A DNA stretch of 63,791 bases, the filler included. It is 4 parts of 4 records of this genome, joined end to end, with 100 filler letters (N's around TTAATTAATTAA, not from the genome) between each part and the next. Parts side by side here need not be neighbours in the genome. Positions count along the whole stretch, not along the records: positions 58,214 to 63,791 come from SRR31147125_12262; 3 more parts are not named here. The stretch is one strand, 5' to 3'. Position numbers and translations under genes: made by a program. Below, piece after piece: positions 62,631 to 63,791 of the stretch; within the stretch, counting starts at the first letter, position 1; the number at the start of each line of letters is the position of its first letter. Under the pieces are notes generated by a model that was not told where the DNA came from, did no database searches, and was given only the letters and a program-made list of their open reading frames with translations.

Positions 62631-63560
62631 ATGAACCGATGGATCATGATAATCGATATCGAAAAATGCGAAAACTGCAATAATTGTTTTTTAGCATGTA
62701 AAGATGAGCATTTTGAAAACGATTGGCTGCCCCACACATTGGCTCAACCCCGTCATGGTCATCGATGGATGAACATTTTGAGAAAAGAGCAAGGAACGTT
62801 TCCTTACATCAGTGTCGCCTACCTGCCGAAACCCTGCTTTCACTGCGGCGATGCCCCATGCGTCAAACGGGCGGCCAATGGCGAAATTTTCAAGCGACCC
62901 GATGGGATTGTGATGATTGATCCGGAAAAATCCCAAGGCAATCAAGATCTGGTTTCGGCCTGTCCCCACGGGGCCATTTGGTGGAATGATGAAAACAACA
63001 CGCCTCAAAAATGCACCCTCTGCGTCCATCTGCTGGAAGATGGATGGAAACAGCCTCGATGCGCCCAGGCATGCCCCACCGGCGCCCTCACCTTTCACGC
63101 TGTTCCTGAGAAAGATCTGGAGGAATTTGTCGGATCAAATGCTCTTGAGATGTTCAGCGACCAAAACGGCAGGCTCGATAACATCATTGAGGCCGATGGT
63201 GTCAATGAAAATGGAGATGAGGACCAAGATAAAGATGAGACGGCTCAGACACATGTTTGTCATGCGCCCATGGTGCTCTACAAAAATCTGGATCTGTACA
63301 GAAAATGTTTTATCTCCGGTAGTATCGCCACTGAGAAAAACGGGGTACAGGAGTGTGTGGAAGGCGTTGTTGTGGAACTGCTTCAAAACGGTGCTCAAAT
63401 CGGCTGTGAGCAAAGTGATGTTTTCGGAGATTACCGTTTTTCGGGCCTGATGGAAAACAGCGGAACTTATGACATTAAAATGACCCTTCACAACAGTATT
63501 GTCGGTCAAAGTAAAATTGAGCTGACCCGGAGCTGCTTTGCCGGTACGACATGGATATAG
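62631..63560 (+). CDS. 4Fe-4S small subunit of transhydroxylase-like enzyme
   Basis: CENCNNC..C, CFHC..PC, CP, CTLC...C..ACP; C-terminal SDVFGDYRF beta-sandwich. Confidence 0.9.
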   Translation: MNRWIMIIDIEKCENCNNCFLACKDEHFENDWLPHTLAQPRHGHRWMNILRKEQGTFPYISVAYLPKPCFHCGDAPCVKRAANGEIFKRPDGIVMIDPEKSQGNQDLVSACPHGAIWWNDENNTPQKCTLCVHLLEDGWKQPRCAQACPTGALTFHAVPEKDLEEFVGSNALEMFSDQNGRLDNIIEADGVNENGDEDQDKDETAQTHVCHAPMVLYKNLDLYRKCFISGSIATEKNGVQECVEGVVVELLQNGAQIGCEQSDVFGDYRFSGLMENSGTYDIKMTLHNSIVGQSKIELTRSCFAGTTWI

Positions 63561-63791
63561 AAAGAGTACTATTTCTTACCGCTCCGGTATGACCTTGACC
63601 TGATCCATGGATATTCCTATTGCTTCCGTCGCACGAATGGTTGCAGGCATATCGACATTTACACTTTTCGGTGCCAAGTTCCGTTTTCGGCTGTGAGAAA
63701 AAAGAATGTTTTTTTTAAATTCCCCCCCATTAAGGTAATGCAAAATTGTATACAAATGCGGCATCCTTCATCTTCCCGAAAAAGTAGTTTA

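Noticed and set aside
63576-63764. Short ORF at the window end
   Set aside because: No recognisable motif or RBS; possibly the frameshifted tail of a gene outside the window.

Overview
The window is four unrelated contigs joined by artificial 100-nt N/TTAATTAATTAA spacers (19374-19473, 36532-36631, 58114-58213), so synteny across spacers means nothing. Many genes carry small indels, mostly in homopolymers and probably sequencing errors. Contig 1 (1-19373, very AT-rich, Firmicutes-like) starts with a compact operon of radical SAM/SPASM, dTMP-kinase-like, EEP phosphoesterase and 2TM-HAD genes. A tRNA-Ser 3'-end att site follows, then the left half of a temperate prophage. Its lysogeny module carries defence-like cargo (RES protein, single-chain R-M-S enzyme, HEPN-motif protein). 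After that come cI/cro, early genes, an HUH Rep, VRR-NUC, a late regulator and an HNH nuclease. Contig 2 (19474-36531, deltaproteobacteria-like) is housekeeping: glyA-nrdR-rib-nusB-ispH, ffh-rpsP-khpA-rimM-trmD-rplS-rnhB, nupC-tdk, purMN. Contig 3 (36632-58113, Desulfobacteraceae-like) is a type IV pilus locus with minor pilins, a DsbC-like protein, PilY1, pilA plus an ABC transporter, two GT-C glycosyltransferases and a glycan-tailoring operon that includes a sulfotransferase. Contig 4 (58214-63791) holds a sigma54 activator divergent from a pyrogallol-transhydroxylase-like molybdoenzyme pair. The best candidate for an undescribed system is the radical SAM/kinase/EEP/2TM-HAD nucleotide-modifying operon. 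The prophage R-M-S + HEPN + RES cassette is second. All family calls come from motif recognition; no database searches were run.
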